Assembly (NCBI GenBank): GCA_951406725.2
Contig: OX597826.1
Span: forward strand, 27,900,001-27,964,000
From: Octopus vulgaris
Taxonomy: Eukaryota
DNA: 64,000 nt
Reading direction: 5' to 3'
Shown here piece after piece: positions 13,882 to 27,793 of this stretch. Below the pieces are notes generated by a model that ran no database searches, was not told where the DNA came from, and saw nothing but the letters and a program-made list of their open reading frames with translations. Position 1 is the first letter of the stretch. Each line of letters opens with the position of its first letter. Made by a program: the position numbers and the translations under genes.

Positions 13882-14420
13882 TTAGTGGTGTTCTGTATTG
13901 AGTTGTGTGTTCATATTTAGTTGGGGGAGAAATTTATTGATGAAAAATGCATCTTTATTCAACCTTTGTTGCATTGTAGTGTTCTGTGAACATTGGTAAA
14001 AGGGAAATATTTGGAAATTGGGATTAAGATTCCTGGCACACCTTTCTATATGTTCACTCACCTTTAACTGTCTGTATTGTGGGTGACGGATTTGCTCTTT
14101 GTGAATGGTGATTCTTTGACGGAGCGAAATTCCTGTTTGTCCAATATAGAGTTTACCACATCCTATGCATGTCATGACATAGATTACATTTATTGAGGTG
14201 CAGGTGAAATTTGATTTGATCTTAAATATTTCTCCTTGTTTGAATTGGAATTCTGAACCCCCCAGAGGGTGGGGCATGTTCCACAGTTAGAACGTCCACA
14301 TTTTGTCACTTTTGGCTCTGTTGTTAGTGGATACAGTCTAGCGCTGGTTCATATTTTTTCAGTGACTTCGGTTGCTTTTTGCTTTTTATAATTTTATATG
14401 AGCTTAAAATTTCGTTCATT
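13882..14420 (-). pseudogene. Penelope-like element GIY-YIG endonuclease fragment (Neptune-like)
   Basis: ORF 13882-14277 reads FTCTSINVIYVMTCIGCGKLYIGQTGISLRQRITIH...FINKFLPQLN. An upstream frameshifted segment gives KVTKCGRSNCGTCP (Cys-rich linker) and KSKKQPKSLKK. Confidence 0.88.
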
Positions 14421-14440
14421 GTTTTGTCACACACACACAC

Positions 14441-14501
<61 letters not shown>

Positions 14502-14549
14502 TATTTATAACTACACAAACACACAAACACACACACTCACATAGAGTAT

Positions 14550-14862
14550 AAAAGCACATGACTCAGGGGTTAACACAATCGTGAAGTAGTGGGTTTAATT
14601 CCAGGACCTGGCTCTGGGAGTTGTGTTCTTGAGCAAGACGCTTTATTTCTCGTTGCTTCAGCTCGCTCAGCTGTAGAAATGAGTTGCGACGTCACTGGTG
14701 CCAAGCTGTATCGGCTCCTTTGCCTTTCCTTTGAATAACATCGGTGGTGTGCAGAGGGGAGGCTGGTATGTATGAGTAATTGCTAGTCTTTCCTAAACAA
14801 CCTAGCCTGCACTTGTGCCTCGAAGGGGAATATTCTTGATGCAGTCCCACACTCATTCATGA
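14550..14862 (+). mobile_element. tRNA-derived SINE family D
   Basis: Homologous to the inverted copy at 17400-17731 (TTGTGTTCTTGAGCAAGAC.CTTTATTTC.CGTTGCT...GCTCAGCTGTAGAAATGAGTTG). Confidence 0.75.
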
Positions 14863-14869
14863 CTATATA

Positions 14870-15885
14870 TATATAACTTAGAATAACTTAGAAAGGTTTT
14901 GGCTAGTAGTGGCCCAGGCCATGTCTAACTTAATAGCACCACCTGGTGAAGTCTTTCAATTCAAGATTTGGGCACCAAGGCCCATTCGAGAAGAGAGTTA
15001 TTGTTTGCAGAGACATATCCAGGTGTGGGTGGTTTGTCCGGGACTGCTTTAAGGAATTTGTCCAAAGACTTCTTGAATTTTGTGTGGTCAGTTTTTGTGT
15101 TGACGTATCCTGGTGTAATGTTGAAGAGAGCGGGGTCAATTGAGGTGAAATAATTGTGCCGTATTGTTGCTATCAGATGCGATTTAGATTTTTGTTGTGG
15201 ACGGATTGCACGGGGTCCAAGTTTAGGATGTATTTTGAAGGTGATGCCAACATCATTTGGACAGAGCTGATGGAATATTTTCCACATCATACAAATAATG
15301 TAGCGTTCATGGCGTCGTTGGAGTGAATAGAGTTTCAGCATTTCTAGTCGACCCCAGTAGTCGAGGTCTGACATGCCTTCTATCATTTTCGTGATTGACC
15401 TTTGGGGAGCTTCAATTTTCATAATATTTTGTTTTGTGTAGGGAGACCACAGTGAACAGCAGTATTCAAGGTGGGATTGGGCAAAAGTGGAGAAGAGAAG
15501 GATAATGGTGTGGGAATCTCTCGACTGGAAGGTTCTGAGAATCCAGGAACACATTCTGCGGGCCATGTCAACTTTGTTGCTTATATGTGTAGCCCAGCTT
15601 ATGTTGCTGTCCACAGTTACTCCCAAGTCTCTGATGTTGTTAGATGCCATGATACTTTCACCAGAAGGAAGGGAGTATGGAAGTTTCAGAGTCCTACCTT
15701 CCAAAGTGGATCAGTTCGAATTTGTCTTCGTTTAGCAACATGCTGTTCTTTTCCGCCCATTGGACAACAGCCAGTAGGTCTGACTAAAGGCTTGTCCGGT
15801 CATCCACGCCATTAATAACCTTCTGGAGCTTGGAATCATCAGCGAAGATTCTGATATCACTGTGTTTGAAGATATCAGTAATTCC
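14870..15885 (-). mobile_element. 5'-truncated CR1/L2-group LINE
   Basis: IRIFADDSKLQK near 15850, then ORF 14961-15704 (RDLGVTVD...WILRTF..R...LEYCC.LWSP...LKLYSLQRR.ERY). The 3' tail carries TTCTAAGTTA repeats. Confidence 0.9.
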
Positions 15886-15894
15886 ATATATATA

Positions 15895-15930
<36 letters not shown>

Positions 15931-15958
15931 TGTATGTATGTATGTATGTATGTATATA

Positions 15959-16085
15959 CAGTAATCCCTCGACTATCGCGGATGTTGCGTTCCAACCCCC
16001 CAACCCCCGCGATAGGTGAAAATCTGTGAAGTAGAAACAGTACTGTACTTAGGCAGCCTGGCGATGGTTTAATGACCGAAAAAAT
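15959..16085 (+). mobile_element. Solo left end of a pogo/Tigger-like DNA transposon or MITE
   Basis: TA|CAGTAATCCCTCGACTATCGCGG...CCGCGATAG has a Tigger-like terminus. No matching right end was found. Confidence 0.45.
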
Positions 16086-16159
16086 GATAATAATAATAAT
16101 AATAATGTGTGTGTGTGTGTGTGTGTGTGTGCGTGCGTGCGTGCGTTTGTGTGTGTGTA

Positions 16160-16208
<49 letters not shown>

Positions 16209-16289
16209 CGAGATGATGAGAGTGAGGTAAATAGAAACACTGATAGATCATATGATTGTGTTTAACTTCTTTCTTTCTTTCTTTTTTTT

Positions 16290-16665
16290 CTACTCTAGGT
16301 ACAAGACTGAAATTTGGGGGGAGGGGGCCAGTCGATTAGATCGATCCCAGTAAGCAATTGTTTGGTACTTATCGACAAGACAAAGTGGACCTCGGCGGAA
16401 TTTGAACTCAAAGCGTAGCGGCAGACGTAATACCTATTTATTTACTACCCACAAGGGGTTAAACACATAGAGGACAAACAAGGACAGACAAACGGATTAA
16501 GTCAATTACATCGACCCCAGTGCGTAACTGGTACTTATTTAATCGACCCCGAAAGGATGAAAGGCAAATTCGATCTCGGCGGAATTTGAACTCAGAACGT
16601 AACGGCAGACGAAATACGGCTGCGCATTTCGCCCGGCGTGCTAACGTTTCTGCCAGCTCGCAGCC
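16290..16665 (-). mobile_element. SINE family A, two partial copies in tandem
   Basis: Same composite arrangement as 1-373. Confidence 0.85.
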
Positions 16666-16984
16666 GCTTTACTTATTTTCTGATGTGAGTGTAGATTTAT
16701 GTTTATACGTCTAATCGTTGCTTATTTTTAGTCACAAAAGTTATATAAATGTTTCATACAATCTTATGGTAATAGTGTGTATGTTCTTATAGATCTTTCT
16801 CGTTTGACAGGTAAACAGGATTAGATAGACAAATCTAGCTTTCATTCAATCGGTGTTTAGGTCAACTGTTTATGTCGTCCGCGTCTCACTTATGTGTGCA
16901 ACCAACCAGAATACCAACAGAACGAAGACGAGTGCCTACGCACGGTTCTTAATCCTGTTTACCTTATATATAACTATTATATAA

Positions 16985-17360
16985 CGGGCGTGGCTGTGTT
17001 GTAAGAAGCTTGCTTCCCAACCAAATGGTTCTGGGTTCAGTCCCGCTGCGTGGCACCATTGGCAAGTGTTTTCTATTATGGTTTCGAGCCGATCAAAGCC
17101 TTGTGAGTGGATTTGTTAGACGGAAACTGAAAGAAACCCGTCTTCCATACATATGTGTGTGTGTGTGTGTGTGTTTGTGTGTGACCCCCCCCCTCATCAC
17201 CTGACAACCGATGTTGGTGTATTTACGTCACCGGTTTGGCAAAAGGGACCGATAAAATAAGTACTAGGCCTACGCAGAATAAGTCCTGGTCAACTAAAGT
17301 CGGTGCTCCAGTATAGTCGCAGTCAAATGACTGAAACAAATACAAAAAGAAAAGAATAAA
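16985..17360 (+). mobile_element. SINE family B
   Basis: GGCGTGGCTGTGTTGTAAG...GGGTTCAGTCCC...GGCAAGTG...GCAGTCAAATGACTGAAACAA. Confidence 0.85.
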
Positions 17361-17399
17361 GGAATATACATACATACATATATATATATATATAAAGAT

Positions 17400-17961
<562 letters not shown>

Positions 17962-18002
17962 AAGGCGCATGGCTCAGTGGTTTGAACAGTGGTTTGAACA
18001 TT

Positions 18003-18086
<84 letters not shown>

Positions 18087-18216
18087 TCAATATAGGGTGC
18101 CAAAAAAAAATTTTGTAGAATTCTTTTGCCACCACCGGCCTAGTTTTATTTGCGGTTGAAGCTTTGGGTGTTATTTCTAGTGGGTGAATGGCCTATTATG
18201 GCCGTTCCTTTATTGT

Positions 18217-18316
<100 letters not shown>

Positions 18317-18445
18317 GTGTGTGTGTATGTGCGTGTGAATGTGTGTGTATTAATATTTAGCAGAAGCAGCAGAGTGTATCAAACCTATATGTGTATGTGT
18401 ATGTGTGTGAGTGCGTGGGTGCGATAATGCCGCTGTGTATGTGTG

Positions 18446-18587
<142 letters not shown>

Positions 18588-18754
18588 ATTCTCTCTGTCT
18601 AGGTTTCAGGACCCAATTCTGTAATAACTTAGGTCCTCAATTAATCTGCCAAAACAGCTCAGAGATCTGTGATGTTCATTTTCCTCAACGTGCGAACGAA
18701 TCTGCCTACTCGCTGTCTTACATTTTTAGTATAAGTATTACTAACGATTATCGT

Positions 18755-19429
18755 AATCGCGCCGGATAATATGCTTATCGGTATTTTGTCCGTCTTTACA
18801 TTCTAAATTCAAATTTCTTCGAAGTCGATCTTACCTTTCATCTTTTTGTGGTCAATAAAATAAGTACCAGGTTGCCAGCTTGCCTAATGGCAAGTGGGCT
18901 CCTGCGCCATTAGAATCCATAAATCGGAGCCCATGTTGGGATCTAAGGGGCCCATCCCCCCAAGTTTGAGAATTTTTTATTCACTCTTGGAAGAATGCAT
19001 TATTTCAGCCTGGCTGTGCTTGTAGAAAGTTGAAAAGAATACTTTTAACAAAAAAAAAAAAAAGGAAAAATTAAATATCATTATAGGTGCGGGTGCCCCC
19101 CCCCCTTGTAGTTGTTGTTGGGCCCTCTTAGTCTCCTGGCAACCAATATTTTTAGACCCAGTCCGCCACTGCTGGGGTCGATATAATCGACTAGACGCCC
19201 TTCCGCCAGATTTCAGGCCTTGTGCCTTTCGGAAAAAAGAATTATTATTGGCGAAATACTTAGCGGTATTTCTTCCGTCTTTATATCCCGAGTTCAAATT
19301 CCGCCGAGATCGATTTTTGCCTTTCCTCCCTTCAGGGTCGATGAAATAAGTACCAGTTACGTACTGTGATCAATCTAATCGACTAGCCCCTCCCCCAAAA
19401 TTTCAGCCCTTGTGCCTATAGTAGAAAGG

Positions 19430-19460
<31 letters not shown>

Positions 19461-19670
19461 TTGTTAATAAGGCGACGATTTGATAGAATCGTTAACACTT
19501 CGGACAAATTGCTTAGCGGTGTTTCACCCGGACTTACCCTAAGAGTTCGAATTCCACCGTGTCTTTCATCCATTCGAGATCGATTAAAGTACCAGCAGAG
19601 TACTGAGGGTCGTTATAATGAGCAAAGCCCCTAACCCGAACTTGCTTACCTAGTGTCATAATTTGAAATA
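18755..19670 (+). mobile_element. Cluster of SINE family A copies; the first is split by a ~300-bp insert
   Basis: Repeated GAGTTCAAATTCC...CTTTCATCC...GTCGAT..AATAAGTACCAG blocks. Confidence 0.75.
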
Positions 19671-19984
19671 ACAATTATTATTATTATTATTGAAGTATTT
19701 TGTTATTGTTTGATGATGTACTTAATCTGTTCAAGATTTCGTTGACGTTGCTGTTGTTGCGGTTATTGTCGACGCTGATGTTGCTGTTGTCGTTGTTGTT
19801 GTTGTTGTTGTTGTTGTTATTATTGTTGCTGTTGTTGTTGTTGTCGTTGTTACTCTTATTGTTGTTTCCTGTTATCTGTAATCGAACGTTTTTCCTTTGC
19901 CTACTGACTACAAAGTAATCAATAGCCTCAATGTGGCATTTTTATCTTATTGATTTCGCTTGCTTTACGTTTGTTTGTTGTCTG

Positions 19985-20020
<36 letters not shown>

Positions 20021-20414
20021 AAGAAAGAGAGAGAGAGAGCATGTGTATGTGATTTAAAAAGTGTGTATATTTACATTATCTATATCTAACAGAATAGGTC
20101 AGTGTTTGGCTAAACTGCCTTATAATTTGATGGATGGTTACAGCTTTACAGATTGAGTATATATTCACCCATCAGACGGTATATATATTGGGACATACAT
20201 ATACAAACAACAGAAACCTATGTGCATATGTGTGTGAGTGTATATATATATATATATATATATACATATATGTTTCCAATATGTCTATCAAGTTTCTGAC
20301 ACTAAAATACGTTTAAATACCGACCTGATTATGGGACGCATTCTAGGTATATATATATATATATATATATATCCAAGAAGCACCTAAGCGTTTGTGCAAG
20401 TGCTCGTGCGTGTA

Positions 20415-20491
<77 letters not shown>

Positions 20492-21766
20492 ATATATGTA
20501 TGTATGTATATATATATGTTATACATATAAATATGTATGTATATAAATATATATATATGTATGCATATATATGTGTATATATACATGTCTGTATATATAT
20601 GCATATGTATATATATATATATATATATGTATTTATATATATATATATGTGTGTGTATACATATACATGTATATATATATATATATATACATATATATAT
20701 GCATATATATATGTGCACATATATATGTACATATATATATAGACAGATAGATATATACATATATATACATTCATATATATACACATACATGCATATATAT
20801 ATACATATATATGTGCGTATTTGTATATATATATATATATATATTCAGTAAATCACAAAAGTTTCTACTAACTTCTCCAGACAGAACTGTCACCTCGAGC
20901 AATTTACAATTTATTTATAACAGCAACCTCATCATATAACAGTTCCACAGTCTCATATTTTTTTCAGCAATTTCTCTTCTTACTCAGCATAAAATTGTTA
21001 TTGTCTTCCAATCCAAACCGTGCAGAATTACCTATATACAACAATTTCAGGACAATACGTATGATCATATTGCTTAAACATTAGAACAATACCTCAAATA
21101 TGTTTTGATTATAACTTTTATATTTGATATTTCGTTTTGGATTTGGTTTGCAAGATTCTTTATATGAGTTCGTGTGTTGAAGCATATTCTGATGTGTCTG
21201 GGGAGAGTCATTTTCTTTTTGTGCCTTATAAATTTGAATTTCTCTTTAACTCCAGTGTTATGACACGGCGTAATGTATATAGATATTACGTTATCTTTAG
21301 TGAGTTACCTTTAAGGTTTGTTTTCATTTTTTATTTTATCAAAGTGGTATGTGAAGCATGATGGCGTGTTTCAGGAAAGATGTGACTTCCATTTGAAGTA
21401 TTCTCATCATGCTGAACTTCAGTTCTAACTGGAATAAGTTCTTAATTTTCATGAAATTTTCTCGGACTCTGTAGAAAAGGACTTTTAGTATACTGGGGAC
21501 TTAATTCAAACTATAGGCGTTCCTTCTTTACAGAATCCTCGCAGACAAGAAAAATTGGATGAACCATTAAAACGGAAAGACATTTAAGTGCATTATTTTG
21601 TGTGTGGAATTAGATAAAAAAAAATTGCACATAATGTAAGACTCTTGGCAGAAGAGACTTCTAAGAGAGGATTGTTGTTTTTTAATGCTCTAGGAGTAAC
21701 GCCATGACTTTCCAAACGATACTAAGACAACGCTTGGCAGAACCGTTAGCACATATTTATATGTAT

Positions 21767-21802
<36 letters not shown>

Positions 21803-21814
21803 AATATATATACA

Positions 21815-21849
<35 letters not shown>

Positions 21850-21924
21850 TATATTACATCATATTACATCATATTACATCATATTATATTGTATTTGATG
21901 TCCTTTTTGCTCCTAATGTAAATA

Positions 21925-22465
21925 AGGCGGCTGGCAGAATCGTCGACGCGCCGGAGGAAATGCTTAGCGACATTTCTTCAAACTATCTACGTTCTGAGTT
22001 CAAACACCGCTGAGTTTCATAATACCTTCCATCTTTTCGGGGTCGATAAAATAAACTACAAGTTGAACAGTGGGATCAGGAGTACTCCACTTACCCCCAC
22101 TTCTTATAACAGCTGGCTTTGTGCCACAATTTGACTCAATTATCAATATTGGCTCCAGATTTTGACACAAGGTCAGAAAGTTCTAGGAGGTTGGTAAGTC
22201 GACTACATCGTCCCCCAGTATACAACTGGTACTTAGGTTATCGATCCTGAAAGAATAATAGGCGAAATCGACCTCGGCGGAATTTGAACTCAGAGCATAA
22301 AGAAAGACGAAATGGCGCAAAGCATTTTGCCCGGCGTGCTAACGATTCTGTCAGCTCACCGCCTTACCTATGGTAAAGTCGCCTTCCGCTAAATACGAAC
22401 TCAGAACGTAAAGACGGACGAAATGCCGCTAAGCATTTTGTCCGGCCTGCCAGCTCGCTGCCTTA
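21925..22465. mobile_element. Inverted pair of SINE family A copies (+ then -)
   Basis: 21925-22140 is forward. 22160-22465 is reverse with a duplicated head. Confidence 0.75.
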
Positions 22466-23320
22466 CCCATTATTAATATTAGTTTCTTTGCTCCTTTTCT
22501 CTCGTCTGTGTGTTGTATTATGTCTAACCTAATAGTTAAATAACTGTAACACTAATACCTAAATAAAATGTGCGTCGATGATTTCATTAACTTATCTCTG
22601 TTTCTTTATCTAACACGATAAAACTGTTCCTACATTTATTTTATCAATTTCAATGTCTTCACGCAGACATTAACCTATTTCTCCAACCGAATGTCATGCT
22701 AATTTACTACCTTATCTGACATGGTTTCCAGTTTGTCATCTGCAGCTTACAGCTTGAAATCATCCATATACAAGCTATGCCTGATTGACAACACATCACG
22801 TACCGGCCAATTAGATTTACTCGGTCACTCTCGTTAAGCTGATAGCAAATCTCAAATGTAAACCGAGAAGAAAGAAAGTCCTTCGAATATCTCTCTTCTA
22901 AGAGAAATCAGTTTCATCTTTTTTGTTTTAAATTAATTCTTCTATTTGGAACTGAACGATCGTCATTCAAAATGACATTAAAATCGCGGTGTACCGAACT
23001 AAAAGACCATTCCATAAATATCACCTCGCAAAACGCGTCAGTCGTTCTCTGCAACGACCATGTTCATCTTAATTTAGTGGCCCTTTTTTTGGGGGGAGGG
23101 GGCTTTATCTCTTGTTTTACTGCTTGGACTACGGCCATGCTGGAGAACCGCCTTGAAGAATTTTAAACCAACGAATCAACTCTCGTGCGTATTCGCTTAA
23201 GCCTGGTACTTATTCTAACGGATTATTTTTGCCGAACCGCAAAGTTACGGGGACATAAACACACCAACATCGTTTGTCAGGCCATCGTAGGGGACAAACA
23301 CACGCGCTCACGTATATATA

Positions 23321-23381
<61 letters not shown>

Positions 23382-23442
23382 ACTATGGACTCCGTGTGGG
23401 CAGTCATCTAAAAGTTTTTGTTTGTCATGGTGCTGACATAAG

Positions 23443-23541
23443 TTCCTTGTCTTTCCTGATGAGAAGACGGCATAATGCACTCTTTATTCCTTCGGAATTA
23501 AGAATATGCAGTCTTCGAAACATGTGTCGAGAATAAAGGAA
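23443..23541 (+). ncRNA. Type I hammerhead ribozyme
   Basis: Stem I 5' TTCCTT-GTC-TTTC, core CTGATGA (23456-23462), stem II GAAGAC.GCATA...TATGC.GTCTTC, GAAA (23517-23520), short stem III AC-ATGT-GT, predicted cleavage after GTC (23528), stem I 3' GAGA-ATA-AAGGAA. Confidence 0.8.
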
Positions 23542-23730
23542 TTTTGTTAAATCGTCGTTCGACTCCATTCTTTCATTTATCTATAGTAAAAAAACACACA
23601 AATTTCCACACGAAAGCACGTGATTTCTGCCCTTGGCATGTAGCTTCAACCGTGCTTTCTGACGTAAATTTGCTACCCGGGTATCGGTTAACCGAATTAT
23701 CCATACTAGGATAATTCATTCAACTACTTA

Positions 23731-23777
<47 letters not shown>

Positions 23778-23822
23778 CATCGACACCAGTAGGTGACTTA
23801 GTTTATTGCCCCCCAAAACTCA

Positions 23823-23915
<93 letters not shown>

Positions 23916-23924
23916 GGGGGAGTT

Positions 23925-24085
23925 TACGGGAAAAAAACAAAAGACGAAGACGGGTAGTGTACAAAACAAACAGATGTATTAGTATAACGCTGAGGAATAG
24001 AAAAAGTGTTTTACGTTTCGAGCCTACGCTCTTCTACAGAAAGTGACACAGAAAACAAGGAGAGGAAGAAAGGCGAGAAAAAAAA
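23925..24085 (-). mobile_element. Short Penelope-like terminal repeat fragment with degenerate HHR
   Basis: Minus strand TTT-CTGTAGA-A-GAGC-GTAG-GCTC-GAAA-CGTA-AAA. Same family as 44265-44455. Confidence 0.55.
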
Positions 24086-25557
24086 TATATATATATACAC
24101 ACGATGGGCTTCTTTCAGTTTCCATCTATCAATCCACTTACAATCTTTAGTGAACCCGAGGCCGTATTAGAAGATATTTGCCCCAGATGTTACGCAGTGA
24201 GCCTGAACCCGGAACCATGTGGTTGAGAAGCAAATTTTTTACCACACAGCTACACCTGCGCCTCTATAATGTGTTTGTAACACAAGTCCATTGACAGATT
24301 TTTATGTCAGGCATTTCACATCTAAACATGTATACACGAATAGTACAGTACGTAGAAAGCAATTTTAATTTAATCTTGTTTTAATTATGTACATTGAATT
24401 TTTCTGCAGTATGGCAAGTTTCCACAATACCATTGAATGCTTCATTTCTATGAACAAATATATAGGAATGTTTCTGATGTATCGTGACACGAATTTCGTT
24501 TAACCAGGCAGCAGAGAGATTAACAGTATTAATAAACCAGAAAAAGCGAAGTGCTTCTGTCGTTCTCTTGAGTCTTGTCAACGACGAAGATCCACTCGTT
24601 CCGGAAGAGATTTTATCTTTGACAATTTCAGAACATCATGCCTTCTTACGGTGTATTTACCTTTAACATAATTCAGAGATGGCGAACTGTCTTTCCTTAA
24701 TTACTCTATACATGTTATTGATTAGTTCCGTCTTACTGAGTGCTAGAATCCACGAATAGAAAACACACTGAATATATTTGGCAATCAACCGATGATTAGC
24801 TAATATAAAATCAGTAATCGATTCACTTTGAGATTTGTGATCAGCAGCAGAATTTTACATTCATAATTTCTTTTGCAGCAGTATCTCTTATCATTTAGAG
24901 GTTTTCTTTTATCTTTTTCAAGCGTTACTTCAGCTCCAAGTATATTTTTCGGAAAGGCGTTTATCTGGATGATTCTTTAACACAACGGACCAAATACTTA
25001 GCGGCATTTATTTCGGCTCTTATTTTTATTTTTTTTACTTCAAATCTCGGAGAAGTCAACTCTGTTTTTCATCCTTCCTGTGTCGCTAAAACATAGTACC
25101 AGTCATGCACTGGGATCGATATACTCGTCATCTACCCGCCAGCAAAAAATACTTAAAAGTTTATAAATTTGCCGACTTTGAGCGTAACTTTGAAAAACTT
25201 ATTATTATGAAGAGTTCAAATCACGCCAATGTTAACTGCCTCTGCCTTTCATCCATTTGGGATGAGTTTTGGGGGGCGATAAAATAAGTCACCTACTGGT
25301 GTCGATGAAGATCTGCTAACAGCGTTTCACAAACTTCAAACCTTGTGCTTATGCGAATAATAATAACAACAACAACAACAATAATAATAGTAATTATAAT
25401 AATAATAACACCATGTCGTGCACATATGGTTGTGCTGCATGTGCCTGGTGTACCCTTATCAGACAGGTAGTCATGATGGGTATACTGGGCTTCGTATATT
25501 TTACTCCAGTGTCACTTTGATGGCATGCACTGCTCTCTCACTCAATAATACTAATAC

Positions 25558-25641
<84 letters not shown>

Positions 25642-25643
<2 letters not shown>

Positions 25644-26843
25644 TCAGAATGGAATTCGGACTGAAAAAGTGTGATGTGTTAGTCTTGAAGAAAGGCAAAT
25701 CAAATGTATGGACGGACTAGTGACACCGTTGGGGGAGGTTATGAAGCAGATAGAGGAGACGGGTTATAAGTACATGGGGATACTGGAAATGGATGAATTG
25801 ATAGAGAAATAAATGACTGAAAAGTTTAAGGTGGAGTACTTGCACAGACTGTGACTGATCCTTAAGTCGAAATTAAACGGATGGAATAAGTTGGAAGCTA
25901 TCAGCACCTCGGCAGTTTCATTCCTTAGATATGGAGCAGGGACGAACTATAGGGAGTAGACGAACTAAACAGCTTAGACAGAAAGACGAGAAAGTTGCTG
26001 ACTAGATATGGGATACTCCACCCAAGAAGTGACAAAGACTGACTGCATGTACCAAGAAAAAGAGGGTGAAGAGGACTGATTAGATGGATGCAAACACAGC
26101 ATTAACGCAGAAGAAAACAACATAAAGAAAGGAATGCATGAACAGTTTCATAGGGATACTGAAGATAACACAGACGTAGAAAAAAGATGGTTATGGATGA
26201 CTAAAAGTGATTTAAAACCGAAAATGGAGACTCTAATATGTGCTGCTCAAGAGCAAGCATTAAGAACGAATTGCAACAAATTCAGAATAGACAACACATC
26301 AGAAAGAATTTATGGAAAAAAATGGTGAAAACGTATGGCATGTTATCAGTCAATGTACGCCACTCGCCCAGAAAGAATATAAGAAACGTCATGACAACAC
26401 AGTAAGGATTGTCCAATGATAAGCCAAAGATCCTATGGGATTTTGTGATTCAGCCCAACCATGCGATAGACAATAAGAAACCAGACATAGTGTTAATTGT
26501 GAAAGAAAGCAAACGATGTGGGATTATAGATATAACATGCCCAGCTGACAACATGGTAGGCAATAAGGGAGAAAGAAAAGTCGATAGATATAACAGGTTA
26601 GCTTGGGAGGTTAAGCAGTTGTGGTCGCAGTTGTGGGGAGATGAAACAGTTGTGGTAGTACCAATAATTGTCGGAGCCCTAGTTACAGTGAGTAAAATTC
26701 TTGAGAAGTACATGGAACAAATAAGGGCTGCAATAAGGATGGAGAACTTGCAGAAAACAGCACTGCTTGGAACCACTCGAACCCTCCGGATGGTGCTCGA
26801 AAAATAAGGAGTGTTACCTTAGTTCACTGGTAGTGAACAGCTG
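25642..26843 (+). mobile_element. R4/Dong-type non-LTR retrotransposon, 5'-truncated and decayed
   Basis: IRMEFGLKKC (RT end), MHEQFHR..WLWM.K.DLK...E.LICAAQEQALRTN, and ORF 26409-26807 KILWDF.IQ....I...KPDIV.......IIDI.CP.D...VPIIVGAL. Starts right after (AAT)n. Confidence 0.88.
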
Positions 26844-27212
26844 CACTTACACTTGCAATCCTTCTGCTCATGTGATAGGAATCCATTTTTTTCTTGATGT
26901 TCATACACTGAGTCTGCGACTATTCCAGCCTATAATTTCCACATAAGTGGCAATCAGGATATCGACCGGTACTTGTTTACCATTTTGCCTTTATCGATGT
27001 TTTTCAAGCACAGCTCTGTCCTACTCTGGTGTTACATGGTCGGCATTTAACAAGGTGTTGAGTTCTGCAGCACTTCGTGCATTACATTCATCACATCTTT
27101 TGATCCAGTAGCCTTGAACTTCATCTGGTCCCGGGGTCTTCCAGTTTCCCTTTATTTTTTTGCTGATTTCCTCCACCTCCACTTCCCTTACTGAAATGAC
27201 TAGTTCTGCCAA

Positions 27213-27213
<1 letters not shown>
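26838..27213 (-). mobile_element. R4/Dong-type RT N-terminal fragment in opposite orientation
   Basis: Minus strand reads KIKGNWKTPGPDEVQGYWIK...LCLKNIDKG...NKYRSI..LPLMWK...LSHEQKDC. Its 5' junction abuts (AAT)n on the minus strand. Confidence 0.8.
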
Positions 27214-27288
<75 letters not shown>

Positions 27289-27297
27289 TATTATTAC

Positions 27298-27411
<114 letters not shown>

Positions 27412-27419
27412 CATTATTT

Positions 27420-27580
27420 TAAGGCAGTGAACTGCGAAATCGCTAGCGTGTTGGACAAAATGCTTAGCGGCATTCTGAGTTCAAATTCTACTAAGGTCGA
27501 CAATGCCTTTCATTCTTTCGGGGTTGATAAATTAAATACCAGTTGAGTACTGGGGTTGATGTAATCGACTGCTTCCCTCT
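27420..27580 (+). mobile_element. SINE family A
   Basis: GAGTTCAAATTCTACTAAGGTCGACAATGCCTTTCATTCTTTCGGGGTTGATAAATTAAATACCAG. Confidence 0.75.
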
Positions 27581-27750
27581 AGGGGAGGGGGAGGGGGAGC
27601 AGGAGGAAGAGGAGGAGAGCTTTGATTAGTAACTCTTGAAATAAAAGTAGTTCAGTGCTGGTGTAGGCGTTTGTGTACGTGTTTATGTCTGTGTACATGT
27701 GCGTGTAAGTATGTGTGTGTGTGTATGCGCACGCATCGATGTATCTGTGT

Positions 27751-27793
<43 letters not shown>

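Noticed and set aside
24330-24960. Unique-looking region with short ORFs (24381-24581, 24484-24666)
   Set aside because: No recognisable protein motif. A host exon cannot be supported without RNA data.
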